NCBI GenBank assembly: GCA_964016885.1
Contig: OZ024740.1
Coordinates: 285,448,001 to 285,512,000 of the forward strand
Direction: 5' to 3'
Source of the DNA: Eledone cirrhosa
Taxonomy: Eukaryota
DNA: 64,000 nt
Made by a program: the position numbers and the translations under genes
Notes under the pieces: model-generated
Databases searched by the model: none
Seen by the model: the letters and a program-made list of their open reading frames with translations, nothing else
Told to the model about the DNA's origin: nothing
Shown: one piece after another, positions 10,780 through 23,899 of the stretch
Layout: the number at the start of each line of letters is the position of its first letter
Position numbering within the stretch: position 1 is the first letter of the stretch

Positions 10780-12400
10780 TCAACATAAAAAACATAGCTA
10801 AAGGGGTATCAAAAAGACTGATCATTTAGCCACACACAACCTTGATCGCCCCATTTAGTATGTCTATGCTGGCAAAGAAAACAACTTTAGTGGGGAATGA
10901 ATTACAGAGGATTGCCACTCTAAGAAGGAAGGTTCAGGAAAAAGGACTTTGGGCAGAACAGGGGTGGGGATGATAAGAGGAGGAGAGATAGTTGTGTTGG
11001 GAGGAGGTGATACATTATTAGTTGGTTCAGTGGAGAGAAAGAAAGTATTTGAAGGCCATTGGTTATAGTGTGTTGGTGAATGGATCGTTGCCAATCAGTT
11101 GAACAACATTTTGAATGGGATCTAAGATGCTAATGTGTCTAACAGCAATACCATCTCAGATATGAAAAAGAATACTCCAAATTTTATTTAATTTAAACAT
11201 GGTAGAGGATCAGCAGTTAATCAGAAAGGAAGTATTTTTTAACCTTAAATAGGAAAGCTGCTTTTGGGGGTGAAGTTCTTGCTAGGTTCTATATGTGGAG
11301 TCACTAGGAAAGATTTGTTGTGTTTTTGAGGGTTTTAGTTATATGCTTTTCAAGAATAGAGGTGAGGTATAACATAGTTTACAGTTAACTGTGTTATACT
11401 CACCTCTATTCTTGAAAACGCAACAGACCTTTCCTAGTGACTCCACATATAGAACATAGCAAGAACTTCACCCCCAAAAGCAGCTTTCCTATTTAAGGTA
11501 AAAAAATACTTCCTTTCTGATTAGCTGCTGATCCTCTACCATATTTAAATAAAATCAACTTTGGAGTATTCTTTTGTGTTGTGATTGTGTCTATACACTA
11601 TTAAAGGATGTGGTGTGTCCATAGATGTTGTATAAGTTTATATATGGAAAAGTTAAAGATAGTAAAGAGTTATATGATCTGCTTAGAAATAAGTGTTGTT
11701 AGAGGTGGCAGCATGCACTTCAGTGTACAGGTAGATGAGTGTAAGAGATATCATGAACCATGGGGTACACTAGAATTGACAGTGTGAGAGGAAGGGAGTT
11801 ACCATCAGCTCATTCATTGCTGGTGTAATTTAACAGGAAACTTCTCTGATAAAGTCTAAGTGAGCAGTTTAGATAGAAGATTTTCATGCTAGACATACTA
11901 AAACGTTTTGCTGGTGTCAAGTGTAAAGACATTGCTTTTGATGAATTCAAGAGTTAGAGGACACTAGTACATGATATAGCAACCAGTTCTCTGATATATC
12001 TGTGGGGAGCACTATGGCAGGGTCAGAAAAGTTACCCTTTGAGATGGGACTCACTGTAATATGTTTCCAAGAATTGGTATAGAAGTCTGTGAAATGAGAA
12101 AGATAAAAGAGTTTGGCAAGAGTAGAGGTATACCATTTAAGAGACATTGTCAAAGCAGGTAAACTTGTTAGTTTGAAGTAATTATGTGACTGAATTGTTG
12201 AAGCTGGAATTTGTGGAGTTGGAAGGAGCACAATAGCAGTAGAGTTTTCTTTAGGGAGTATAGCTTATGGAACTAATTTGACTGAAGATAGGTAGATAAA
12301 AGGATTCAACAAAGTTGTAGATGCTCTTGCTAAGGGGCCATAAGAATCTGCTGCAATTTGGGAGATGGAATAACTTGTAGGGCAGGTAATGCTCAAATGT
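10780..12400 (-). mobile_element. Highly degenerate LINE (CR1/Jockey-like RT remnant)
   Basis: Minus-strand translation LAKLFYLS..TDFYTNSWKHITVSPISKGNFSDP resembles the RT N-terminal block LAKLF..C......P..WK.A...P.PKKG..S.P.NYRP. Strong strand bias. Confidence 0.55.
11166..11575. repeat. About 410-bp foldback (long inverted repeat with a tiny loop)
   Basis: aaaagaatactccaaa...gaatagaggtgaggtataacatagtt, then aactgtgttatactcacctctattc...tttggagtattctttt. The arms are reverse complements with a few mismatches and one bulge of roughly 25 nt. Confidence 0.95.
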
Positions 12401-12699
12401 ATATTTTGATTTTCAAATGGTAGTCTTTCTTGCAAAAGTTGTGGTAGTGGCCAAATTTATCCTTATTTCCTTAAAACAATAACACAACAACTCCAGTTGA
12501 ACAAAAACAATTTCAATTAAAAATCAGTGATAAATATGGTAGCTGTATGACAATTACCTGACCTTGAAATACAGTAACTAAATTTTTTAATTCATTTCAG
12601 GAATTTTAAAGGTTATCATAAGGACAACATGTTTAAAACTAACAGGGTTTAAAGATGAATCATAATGTGTTAGTTTAGACTATAAATTGATAAGTTGTT

Positions 12700-12885
12700 C
12701 AGTTCTTGTTTAGATCTAACTCAGTTCTGATCAGCAAAGCTATGATCAAAGGTGTTTCAGCTATGACAATTATGTCTTTTCTTTTAAACATAGTGTATCT
12801 AGGACTACATTATTTAATGTATCTGTAATTTTTAAAAAGTGGTACGGTATGATTCATGAGGGATTTGGCTGCCATTTCAAGAGTT
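12700..12885 (+). repeat. Interspersed repeat family X (SINE-like), one of several copies
   Basis: Shared motifs ttgttta...ctgat.gagcag..ctatgatcaaag...ccagc..tgacca...ctacattat...gatttggctgc.atttc. Also seen at about 19300-19450, 25665-25850, 32135-32355 (-), 40520-40755, 48585-48870, 52455-52640 and 53165-53290 (-). Confidence 0.7.
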
Positions 12886-13157
12886 TTTGCGGTTACTTCA
12901 GTAATTTATAATGTGATTTAAATTTTCAACTATTTACTAAAATATTTACCAAAATAAATTGTAACAATAGTGAAAAGCAGGGTCAGATTTTATAGATTTA
13001 ATTTTGTTTTGGGAATTTTTCAATGTTTTTCTTTTAATTCTTGCTTATTTGCATTAAAAGAAATAATTAATTTCATGGAAAACACAATAGTTTAGAATAT
13101 TTAATTTTTTATCTTCTCTACATTTATTTATTTTTGTATTTTCATCCTTTATTTTAG

Positions 13158-13300
13158 CTACAAGAAGTTTCCCCCAATGAGGAAGCTTTATTAAACAAAG
13201 ATGTTGTTCTTAGTGGAAATACTACTCCAAAACATGTAATGCTGACAGAACCAGATACCACCAGCCAGGATCTTATTCTTATAAATCCTGAGGCAGAACG
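13158..13300 (+). CDS. HSF1: HSF1-like exon E (regulatory region), 143 nt, phases 0/2
   Basis: tttattttag|CTA CAA GAA...GAA CG|gtgaga. Open frame LQEVSPNEEALLNKDVVLSGNTTPKHVMLTEPDTTSQDLILINPEAE(R). The phase-2 end is what exon F requires. Confidence 0.88.
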
Positions 13301-14559
13301 GTGAGATAATTTTTTCCACCTTGATTTTATTGTATTCTGGCATACTCAATTATTCCACGTTGAGCGGATGGGAGTTCTAATAGTTCTAATATAACAAATG
13401 TCTTCATAATGTAGGAAGTTTGTTTACATGAAAGGAACATCTGTTTGTTTCCACTTAGATTATATCGCGATTGTCAGGGTTTGGGGATTGCTTCAAAAAC
13501 ATCTTTATATATTGGTTGATCAGAGCAAGTAGCCAAATTACATCACATGTATGTTGACAATTATCACAGGAGGAAGTTTCTTTCACTGTGGGGTTTCATT
13601 TGAGTTAAGACATTATGAACATTATTCTTTCTTCTGACAGGTTATGTGACATAGTGGATCCATTAAAACAGTAAGTTTTACAAATACAAATGACTTTGTG
13701 AAATTTTCTTTCTACTTTTATTTTGCTGTTTCTCAAGGTTTTCATATTTCTGTTAATTCCTCATACAAATGTATATTCTATATTAGTGTTGAAAGGATAA
13801 ATGATCTTTATTGTATTTACCAATACTATACTTGTACATGCATACAGTTAATAAAAACTCCTTTATATTCACCTCACATTAGATATCCCATATACTCATA
13901 TTTTGTAGCCATTGTAAATTCTTTGTTTCCCAGTGAGAAATTTGGTACAGCTAAAATTTTTATTGTGCCACAGGAACCAGGATGTTTATTTGTAAATATT
14001 TCTTTGTGTATCAGCTTTTTTCCTATACAAAAATCACTGTTGTTGGAATTATTTCAAGGCGTCTCTCTATCAACAAAAGATCAATGTGATTGCTAATCAA
14101 TTATATTCAATTATTTTTTTGTTATTTATTGATCTGAATAGAAAATATGCATTATTTATCATAATTTTAAGCTCAGTTGTCTATTTAGTGACTTTCTTTG
14201 TCACTTCCTCATTTAGTTTATTGGATTTAGTGCCTTGTAGTTGCTTTTCCCATGCTTATTATTCTTATTTATATCAGTGAGTAATATAACAATCATTTTA
14301 AGGCCATTTTTCCTGTTAAAGCAGGAGGTTAGCTATGTGGGACCCAATGACAGGCATCATACCCATGGGGAGATCAGCATTAAGCTTTACATCATATTAA
14401 ATATCACCATGCTTATAGCTGAAAATTATTGAATGCACACCATATGTATAAACTTTTTTTCCAAATATAGCAACTAAATGGCTAAAACCAATTTCAGCCT
14501 GAATTTTATAATACAACTTGAAATATATCTTCTTACATATCTGTCACATGGAATTTTAT

Positions 14560-14715
14560 ATGTTAATGTAATATAGTAAAGAAACCTGCCAAGATCAACT
14601 TTACTTTTCTTCCTTCTAGGGTCAATAAAATGCCAGTCAAGTTCTAGGCTGATTGAATTGACTGCACCCTTCTCCAAAATTTTTGGTCTTATGCCTATAT
14701 TAGAAACCAATATTT
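14560..14715 (-). mobile_element. Degenerate tRNA-type SINE fragment
   Basis: Diverged core aagatcaactttacttttcttcct..gggtcaataaaatgccagt and tail cttatgcctatattagaaac. Orientation is uncertain; the core reads on +. Confidence 0.45.
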
Positions 14716-15004
14716 ATTCACTGTGTGCTTTGTTGTGGTTTGTTTTTATGCACAAGCATGAGCATAATAATTTCTTGCATTCAGGCATGCAAAAAGGGGA
14801 TGATGTGTGCATGTACATGAGCAACACATACACATGCATAAACACACAAAATATTTTATTGTCTGACTTGGCATGTCTAAAAATTATAGAGGAATATGTG
14901 ATGTACCTTGACCATGTGGGGCTGTAGTTTCGAAAAGAGGTTTGATTTGCTCACACCTCTATGATTATGATTAAAATTGAGAAATATAGTGAGCAGAATT
15001 CCTC

Positions 15005-15390
15005 TTCTTTTTTGTCCACTTATTCCTGAGAGGGTATGGGGGCAGAGTCCTTAAACACTCCTACTAGTGGGTCCTGTCAGAAGCAACTGTCTCCAACTGA
15101 TCTGGCTGAATCCCCAAGCATGACCAGCCAAGCTTAAGGATGTTATCCAACCATCTTGCTTGGGGTCTACCCCTCGGTCTCCTGTCCAGCAATTCTTTCC
15201 TGAGACATTCTAACCACATGCCAATAGTATAGGAGCGGTGATATCTAAATTTGGAGAAGTAGCGGTTCTACATGGAGTAACTGATCACTGAGCTACACAC
15301 TTTATCGAGTAATGTTACTCCAAAGACCCTTCAGAGGAATCCCATTTCGGCCACTTGTATTCGCGATCATATTTTTTCGGTCATTACCCA
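15005..15390 (-). mobile_element. 3' fragment of a second RTE-type LINE lineage (Expander/Rex3-like)
   Basis: Minus translation WVMTEK..SRIQVAEMGFL.RV.GVTLLDKV.S......VEPLL...HVVRMSQER..RPRGRP. Homologous copies at 36960-37395 and 45765-45850. Confidence 0.8.
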
Positions 15391-15949
15391 ATAATTTTTT
15401 ATGTAGTTTGTGTTTAGTTGGTTTAGACAAAAGATATGTCACTGCTCATTGCTAGATATATTTTCAAATGATGAGAATAAAATAATGTGTGGAGCTTCAG
15501 TTCAGTATACTTATTTATAATTTCAATTTTGAAGCCGTAAACATGCTTTTTATATAATTAGGTTTCATTTGAATCAAACAATTCATTGTTGCAGTATTTG
15601 ATTTTGAAGAAGTCAAATGATTAGTTAACCCCCAAAATGTGTTATTTCTATTTGCAATGTTTCACACAACCCTTTCTAAAAACTGACAGTTTGGGTATTC
15701 AGAATCTTTACCAGTGGATCACAAAACATTTTGGTTCACAGATCTATAGGAATATAATCTTAAATCATGAAGATATTTTTGTAATTGTAACTAAAATAGA
15801 TTTACACAAATAATATTAGCAATATATAAAGATGTTTGTTGAATAATCGATTAATTTATATGGACAAAAAAAAAAAGACTATTTGAATGCCTTTGGGAAC
15901 CACTGGTCTAATTTTCATTATCCCTTTTCTTTACTAACATATTGGCTTA

Positions 15950-17141
15950 CCGTATATACTCGCGTATATGTCGCACTTTTTTAACGATAAATAAGTATAA
16001 ATTTTTGGGGTGCGACCTATCCGATCGACATCAGACTGACCAATGATTTTTCATAGACTTAATCAACGATGGGTATTTATAAAAATAACTTTGTTAATAT
16101 TTTTTAATATTTAACATAATAATTTCATATATCTACCTTCTTATACATATATTTCTTGATTTTTAATTTTTTACTAAAACTTTGTAGTCATTAAAATCCA
16201 TAGAAATGCATACCCGGTATTTAAAATGTGATTTCATTGTCTTAGTGTTGCTATGAACACGTATTGTGACGTATTTACTTTAACAGGAAACAGATTATTG
16301 CACATGGCGTTTCTTTTCAAAATTAGCAAGTGAGAAAAGTTGATAGTTGAAATCTAGCAGTTTTCCGAACAGGTGAATTAATTAAAAATGCAGATATAAT
16401 CAGTACAAGGTTGTAGTCTTTCTCTACATTCCAGGCAAATATTTTCATTGAAAAAAATGTATAAAACCTTTTCACCAGTCAAAATAATATTTGCAATGTA
16501 CTCTTACACAATGTACGGTGTAAATTTACGTAACAGAGTGTTCCCAATATATAAGTTCATTAACAGGTGTGAACATGTATTGGTGTTGTATCTTTCAACC
16601 ACGTTGCTGTAATATTTTCAATGGTGTTCGTCAGATCTTCGCTTTCACTTTCAAAGTAACTATCATCGTCAGAAATAAATACGTCTGATTCATTTGAAGA
16701 TAAATCACTATTCATTTTGAATGTCGTCGCATGTAAAACCTTCAAAGTCAGTATTCGCTACTTTGGGAAGCCATATTGATTCGCTAAAAATCTGTTATAC
16801 TTTCAACGTTAAAAAACACGTGTTATTTCAAGTTGTTTCACTATATTAAGAGTTAATTTTCACGCTTAAAGGCTTTATCTCGCAGTAATCTCGAATTGAC
16901 GAAATTTTGATGCCGTTAATTTTTATTTTATAAATAAAACATGGTTTGGAGTATATATCGCAACGGTGAAGTAATGGAAAGCTAACAGATTATTAGTTTC
17001 AATTATCATAAAAAATAGTAGTTTGACGGCCCAAATTTCAGTGCGACCTATCTGCGAGTCAATGGCAAATAGCCTATTTGTTAAATGAAAAGTGGCTATG
17101 AGACCTATCTGCTGGGGCGACCTATACACGAGTATATACAG
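15950..17141. mobile_element. Non-autonomous Tc1/mariner-superfamily (pogo-like) element
   Basis: TA|ccgtatatactcgcgtata...tatacacgagtatatacag|TA: TIRs of about 25 bp with a TA target duplication. Repeated subterminal gcgacctat motifs. Confidence 0.85.
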
Positions 17142-17469
17142 TAATTTATTTATATTCACAGACAACCCAACATTAAATTAATTTTAAAAAATACCTGACT
17201 GTCGTAAATTTTGTTTGTAGTGTGCGTGTCTTGCACATTATCAAAAAATGGTATATTACATATATGCTTTTGTTAAAAATTGATAATTCCAAAAAGGAAG
17301 TTAAAAGGTGGAGTAATATTTGCTGAAGCAGATGTGTGCACACTCACAAAATCTAACATTTACAAAATTTATTATATCATTCCAAAATGTCAATGTTATT
17401 ATCCAAGTACTTATGAGTCTGGTAGTCTACAGCATTGCGAAATTGTAAAAAGTGGGTAAGTTATGCTTA

Positions 17470-17790
17470 CCTTGTTTATTAGGAATCAATGTCACTGATA
17501 ATTACAGAATATAGAGTTTAAGGTGTGGAAAGAAGCTGCTTATGTTGGCAAACAAGGACTATCTCTCTCTCAATTATGTGTTTACATGGAAATGTGAGGA
17601 CCCTTCAGTTGTGTCAAAAACATGACAATCTCTTCTGTGCACTCAGTATATGAGACCATACATAAGTGAGATGCAAATACTTGGCCTGCTTTGGAGTTCA
17701 GTAGCCCCACTTCACTACTGACTTGGTCTATGTTGACCTATCCAACCCTTGCTAGCAGGGAAAGTAGATGTTAAAACAGTGATGATGAAT
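17470..17790 (+). mobile_element. Very degenerate RTE 3' fragment
   Basis: Ends with aacccttgctagcagggaaagtagatgttaaaacagtgatgatga, the RTE terminal motif. Confidence 0.6.
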
Positions 17791-19650
17791 GCCATAGTTT
17801 GTATTATAAATGAAGAGGAATATGTTAAACATTGATGTGAAATTAAGCAGGAGCCTGCATCTCGTCGCACACTACCGAGTGCTTAGATGAGCTAGTGGCC
17901 TGAATATCACTTACATACAATCTTATACTGAATCAAGTGCATTTTAGTGTGGTACCAATATTAAGGAGGTTGTCATAGATCTGTTTGGCAGATCTATGAT
18001 TAAAGCTTTTCCGGTTATGACAAACCATCTTTTTTGTATGCCATTGGACACAAAATTTTCCTGCAACATCATATTTTAAAAGGCTTACCAATAAACCTTT
18101 ACCTAAAGCTAAAATACATGTAAGAGAAACGTCAATAACAAGATTATTATAGAAATTAACATTTCATCCAGGCTTAAGGTTCATTTTTGAAACTTTGCTG
18201 CTGTCATTGTGGTTCACCCCAGTGCAAGGTACATAACTCTGTTAGGTTCTGGGATTAAGAGTAAGTAAAGATTCTAGCTACTTCCTAGTGCTTGCATAGA
18301 AAATATGAAAATTGATGGAAAGCAGTAAACCATGGAATTGATTCAAATCAAGAAATACACACAACCACCATTTCACCCTTTCAGAATTTAAAGCTAATAT
18401 TATTTTGAACAATCTGATTTTGCAAAATTGTAAAATTTTAATAATAATAATAAAAAAAAAAAAAAAAAAGCATTTGTAGTAGAAAGTTAAAATATTGCAA
18501 ACTTTGCATTTAAAAAGTGAGAAACTCTTTTTGTGTTTACAACATTTCCATGAGTTGGAATAAAAATGTTATCTTACTTAACACCAACCACTTGGTGGTG
18601 AATTCCAAAATATATTTCTGCAAAACCAGATTTTTTAAAATTAGAATATATAAATTCAATGTTCCAAGTTGTTTTTGTTTTATAATTGGTTATTTTATGT
18701 TGAATACATCTAAACATTTTGAATTTAATATATTTCTTTCTTTCTTGTTTAATTGCATTAACTGGTTACAGTAGTGTTCATATTCATATGGAAAACAGAT
18801 TTGATGTGTTTGGTAGGTTTCATTAAGGAAAGATTAACAAGTAGCAGGAAGAAAAATATTTGTCATTTATGTTGCAGCTGTGTTTCAATGTATCTATGTG
18901 TAATGTTATATGTGCTAAATACCCATATGACATTACATTAACATGGTTGAATTTATAAGAAGTTCGCTTTGAATTCATTAAATTGTCCAGCACTTTGGGC
19001 AAGTGTATTTCACCAGTCACAAGTTGACTCAAGCATGAGAGAAATTAGATGAACAGTGTGGAAACTCATCAAATTGATTGTAACTGTAATTCAAGACCTT
19101 GAATTACATATTAGCACATAATTTTGCTTGGTATTCTTATCCTACATTAAGCATACCCGTAGCCAAGGAATATTCAGCTACTTACACAATAACCCATTTA
19201 TTGGTAGTTCTGTTGATTGAAAAACTGGAATAACCCCAATCAAAATTGACAGAGGAATCAAAAGTGCTCCTCAATAATATTTAAATAATGTACTTATTAT
19301 TTGTTGTTGTTTAACCTTAGGTCGGTCTTGGTTAAGTAGGTCTAGGATTAAGGGTATTCAGTGTAGCTTTAGACAGTAAAGTATGATTTAAAGGAGACTT
19401 GCTCTTTTCTTACAAGTGAAGTAGACATGATGAGGTTCCTTTCATTGGCTTGTCACTAATGACTTTTGTTTTATGGGTATTTTATTATGTTTGCATCCCC
19501 TTGAATGGTATTTGTAGATATTATGTACCTTAAAATAATGAATCAAATATAGAAAAAAATCCATACTGCTTTATAAATAAATAAATAAATCAATAAACCC
19601 TGGTCATGATTAGTTCTCTTGGTACCCTCAATCACCTTCATTATTATTAT

Positions 19651-19770
19651 CTCAAATCACGCCGAGGTTAACTTTGCCTTTCATCCTTATGGGGTCGATA
19701 AAATAAAGTACCAGTAATGCACTGGGATAATTGCTGGCCTTGTGCCAAAAGTAGAAACAATTATTATTAT
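19651..19770 (+). mobile_element. 5'-truncated young SINE
   Basis: gccgaggttaactttgcctttcatccttatggggtcgataaaataaagtaccagtaatgcactggg...gtagaaacaattattattat, near-identical to copies at 27251, 31518, 37720, 45280 and 62219. Confidence 0.9.
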
Positions 19771-21279
19771 CACCACCGTTATTCTCAATAGCATCTCCCC
19801 TTCATACTTGCATGAAGGGGATAGTTTACTGAAGTGTTTTTATAATATTGAATCTTGATGTTTTTCTACATTTGCTCACCAATGTTCCATAATGTTCCCA
19901 ACTCATGAGAATAAGTATAATTATAAACAACATAATGAGATACCAATATTTTGTTATAAAAACTGTGCTTTGTTTTCTGGCTCTTTCAAATGTTAAAATA
20001 AAATTTTTTTAAATATCATCTCATGATAGGTATAATGAACATCCAACTGTCAGCATTTTCCTATTTCCTATTATGATGCCAGAGAAATTTATCTTTAAAA
20101 TGAAGCCAAACAAGTTCATGGTTTTGCGGTGCTGCAGAAAACACGATATATAATATATTTTTAGAGAAAGCTTTTTATAGCAAAAAAGTATAAGTATTTA
20201 ACAGGATCATGATAATGATGACGGAATATTTATAGTATTTCCTTTATACTGCTCTGTTGACTTATCTAAGTGTATTATTGCATAAAATATAAAAGGGCAT
20301 GTTGTTTCATGTTTTGGAAATAATGCTTTTTCATGTAGTCATTAAAATAAAAAAGAAAGCTGAAATTGTATAATTTGATATTGATATTGCAGTCCAGATT
20401 TTGGAAGCATAACAGTCTATGTATCATTTCTCATGACAGTCAATTTCACAAGTAAATAGTTAGTTACAGTGCATTAAGAAAATAAAGAGCTCTTCAGAAT
20501 AGTCATCGACAATAGAAATATGTTATGGAAGAGAAGGTGTCTGTAAACCATCGTTTACAATGTAATCTAAGATGTAACTAAAATAATGATTATTTCAACT
20601 TGTAACATCCAATAATGATTTAGCATATATATATATTTATATATAAACAAGTTTGTTAATTCAAATGTTTATAGTGCCTTTAGTAGTGGACAGATTATTA
20701 TGAAAATTCACTGTACAAGAGTTAAGGTTTTGATTTTTGATGTGATGGAGTCATTCATAATGGAATTAAATTTACAGCTTACACCTGTGATGGTTTAGCT
20801 GCCCTTCAACAAGGTTGTAACTCATAGGTAATTTCTTAGGTGTTTTAATGAATGACAGGGCCCCAGGTCACATGAAAAGCAGTATGAAATAAGGCATCTT
20901 AAGAACACAATGCATCATTCAGTCCAGGAGTCAAATCCACAACCCTATGATTGTGAGTTCAACCCTCTAAGTACTAGGCCATGCAGTCATAGTGCTGTTT
21001 TGTATGAGAATGTCTTGCTAATGCAGTTTCATTCATATTATACAGGACATTAAGATTTAAATAGAAGCAACAGATATTGTATGAAATTTTATACAACTAA
21101 AAGTAAACATTTAACATTTTTCAGCAAAATAATGGCTTTTTGTTTACTGTTACAGAACGTAGTTTAAATTGGACCATATTATTACTGCAGAGCAGTGGCG
21201 ATAATTATTTTAATTTCTTAACTGAGTTGGTTATACCTAATTTTGTCTCTTTATAAAATGTTTGTTTTCTTTATTTCAG

Positions 21280-21391
21280 GGAAGCATTGGCTGAACAACT
21301 TGATTCAATACAAAATGATTTGGATGGTCTCCAAGGAATGTTATCAGATTCTAGTTCCACCTACAACTTGGATACCAACACCTTACTCTCT
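21280..21391 (+). CDS. HSF1: HSF1-like exon F (HR-C), 112 nt, phases 2/0
   Basis: ttatttcag|G GAA...CTC TCT|gtaagt. Encodes (R)EALAEQLDSIQNDLDGLQGMLSDSSSTYNLDTNTLLS; compare HSF1 HR-C [34 protein letters not shown]. Not in the supplied ORF track. Confidence 0.95.
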
Positions 21392-21798
21392 GTAAGTTAA
21401 AAGATTAATTCAATGTTATATTTATTTTAATTTAAGGTTATTTTTTTTTGGTCTTTATTACAAAGGACTTTTTGAAATTTTATTTCATGGCTTTTGTTAA
21501 ATGTTTGGTAATTAAAAAAATAATATCAGCTATTCAACAAACCTAATTTGGTTTTTTGGTAAATGAAGAAAAAGTGAAATTTGGATAGAAAATATTCTTT
21601 TACTTTTGATAGATTCATATTGAGATGAAAATTAGTGGAATTCTATTTTGGTTAATCTGTAATGAAGAACATATTTTATATAGACTAGCTGTTCCTAACT
21701 TTTTCTCTATCGCAATTTCATTCTCATTCTGAAGCATTAGAGTCATCTGCTTAAGAAATATAATACTGTAATCAGGAGTACTTATTGAATCAAATTTT

Positions 21799-21829
<31 letters not shown>

Positions 21830-22384
21830 CACATAAGAAACGGAGAATCAGTGGTGCGACAAATAAAATTTATTAGACATATTACAATCGTTTCTCTGTA
21901 AGAGCATCGAGTGCTCAAACAGCCTACTGCATACGGACGCTTTAAGCATCCCACACCAATTATATATATATATATATATATTTAACCAAACCTTAGAATC
22001 ATTGCCCACTTTGAAACAAGAAAAAACTACTAAGGTGAAATGATATTTTACAGGAGGAGTAGCTGGACACTCTTTTTATCAATTCATCCATGAAATAAGA
22101 TGCTTATTTCATAAGAGTTAGTTAGGTAAACTGAAGTCAGTAGAGTAAGTTCCTTGCTCAAGAACACAACACATTAACTTTGTAATAAGATCTGAATTTT
22201 GAACTTTGGGAGCAGCTTATGTAACTTTATTTCTAATAGAACAAACGGTATATATTCTTTTATTCTCAGTCATTTGACTGCAGCCATGTTAGGGCAACAC
22301 CTTGAAGAGATTTAGTTGATCATATCGAGACCAACACATATTTTTTCAATATTTAATTCATTGATCTTGATTTTATTGGGACAT

Positions 22385-23520
22385 AAACATGTCCATACCG
22401 ATGCGGTCTTCTCTCTTGCACACTACATCCATGTTTTTCTCTGTCATTCATGCTCACAAACATTACACATCCATTGAAGCATAATCACTTCATTTCTTTT
22501 TAGCCTTTGCAGGACTTCTGCAGTCAGGGCCCCTGTCTCACTGCCATGTTGTATTGCAGTTCGCATGCAGGCATCATAAAGTTTACTCATCAGTAGCGGT
22601 ACCAGCTCCTTAAACTTCTTACTTAGGCAATCACACTTTCTAAGCATCTATCCCATTAACAATTAGGTTAGGTCACCTAGGTAACAACAGCTGTCAACAA
22701 CATTTAGGGAGCCATCCCACCAACCGAGGATATCTATTTCATGCTGCTCTTAGTGCTTACTTCTCCTGTGCATCTGCTGCATAAAAAGACTATCTTCTCT
22801 GTTAAAATGCCTGTAATTCACTATATCCCTTGTTCATCCATAAATGACATTTTATGCACCTCACGGAATGTCTGCTACTGCCTTTTTGGTATATTGAACC
22901 ATGCCTCTTCCCTGATAGTATCCCTTTCCTACTTATGATTTTAGTTTTTGTTAAGTTTACTTTGTAGGCTTTTCTTCCATGTCTGGAATTTTGTCTCTAA
23001 CTGTCCCACAGATTCACCTATAAGGACTAGATTACCAATATGCAGGAGTTCCTATGGAATGTTACTCTTCAATTCTTCCTTTACCCTTGTAGCAGATTAC
23101 AATGATACTGCTGGACAAGTCATAATGTGTGACACCATCCTATACTACAATAATTATGTGTCTGACTAGCACATAACCTATGATACTGAATGGTTTTAAC
23201 ATCTCAGCAATTATACCAGATGGTCTGGCTGTCTTCCCTACTTTCATATCTTTAATTGCTTTGTCTTTGTCAACTTTTATGGCTTGTCCCTCTGTTGGGT
23301 CTGTATGATGTAGTCCCTCACTCTCCCATTTATTCTCTTGTAGTCAAAGCAAGTACTCCAATGTCATTTTAAGCACACTTTTCCCCAACAACATCTCAAT
23401 TTTCTCTAGTACATTATCTTGCAACCCAGATCACTTTCAATCTCTTATCCTCACAACATAGAGCATATGCAAACTTCTTGTCTGCTGCTTCCCTTGCTAG
23501 GTACAGTGGCTTCTGTACAG
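22385..23520 (-). mobile_element. Old degenerate RTE LINE fragment
   Basis: KKFKELVPLL..LYDACMRTAIQHGSET...LKRNE..MLQWMCN and further RT remnants, with many stops. Confidence 0.85.
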
Positions 23521-23899
23521 TTATCTGTTACAAGGCTTTTTGAAATCTTAGGCTAAAAGAATTGTGGAATGGGATCAAATCTTCAACCAGATAGTTGCAA
23601 AGCCAACTTATTTGCCACACAGCCATACCTGCACTCATATTGAAGCCAATAACTTTTCACTTTTTCCTTGTGGAATAATTGAGTATCATACAATCTCATT
23701 CTTCTCTCTTATAAAACATGTGGCCTTGTAAGAAAATAACACTACTCTTCTAATTTAATCCTGCAGTCTATATACACTATATTATATTTAGGTATACAGT
23801 TGCCTTACTTTCATGCATCTTTTATTTCATTAAATCATACTCGATCTTTTCTTTTTGCTGCTACTGCTGTTCTACAACCATGTATCATCACACTTTTAA

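Noticed and set aside
13698-14927. Run of + strand ORFs of 63-132 aa in intron E-F
   Set aside because: F/I/L/Y-rich translations typical of AT-rich noncoding DNA; no domain, and not needed for the exon phase chain.
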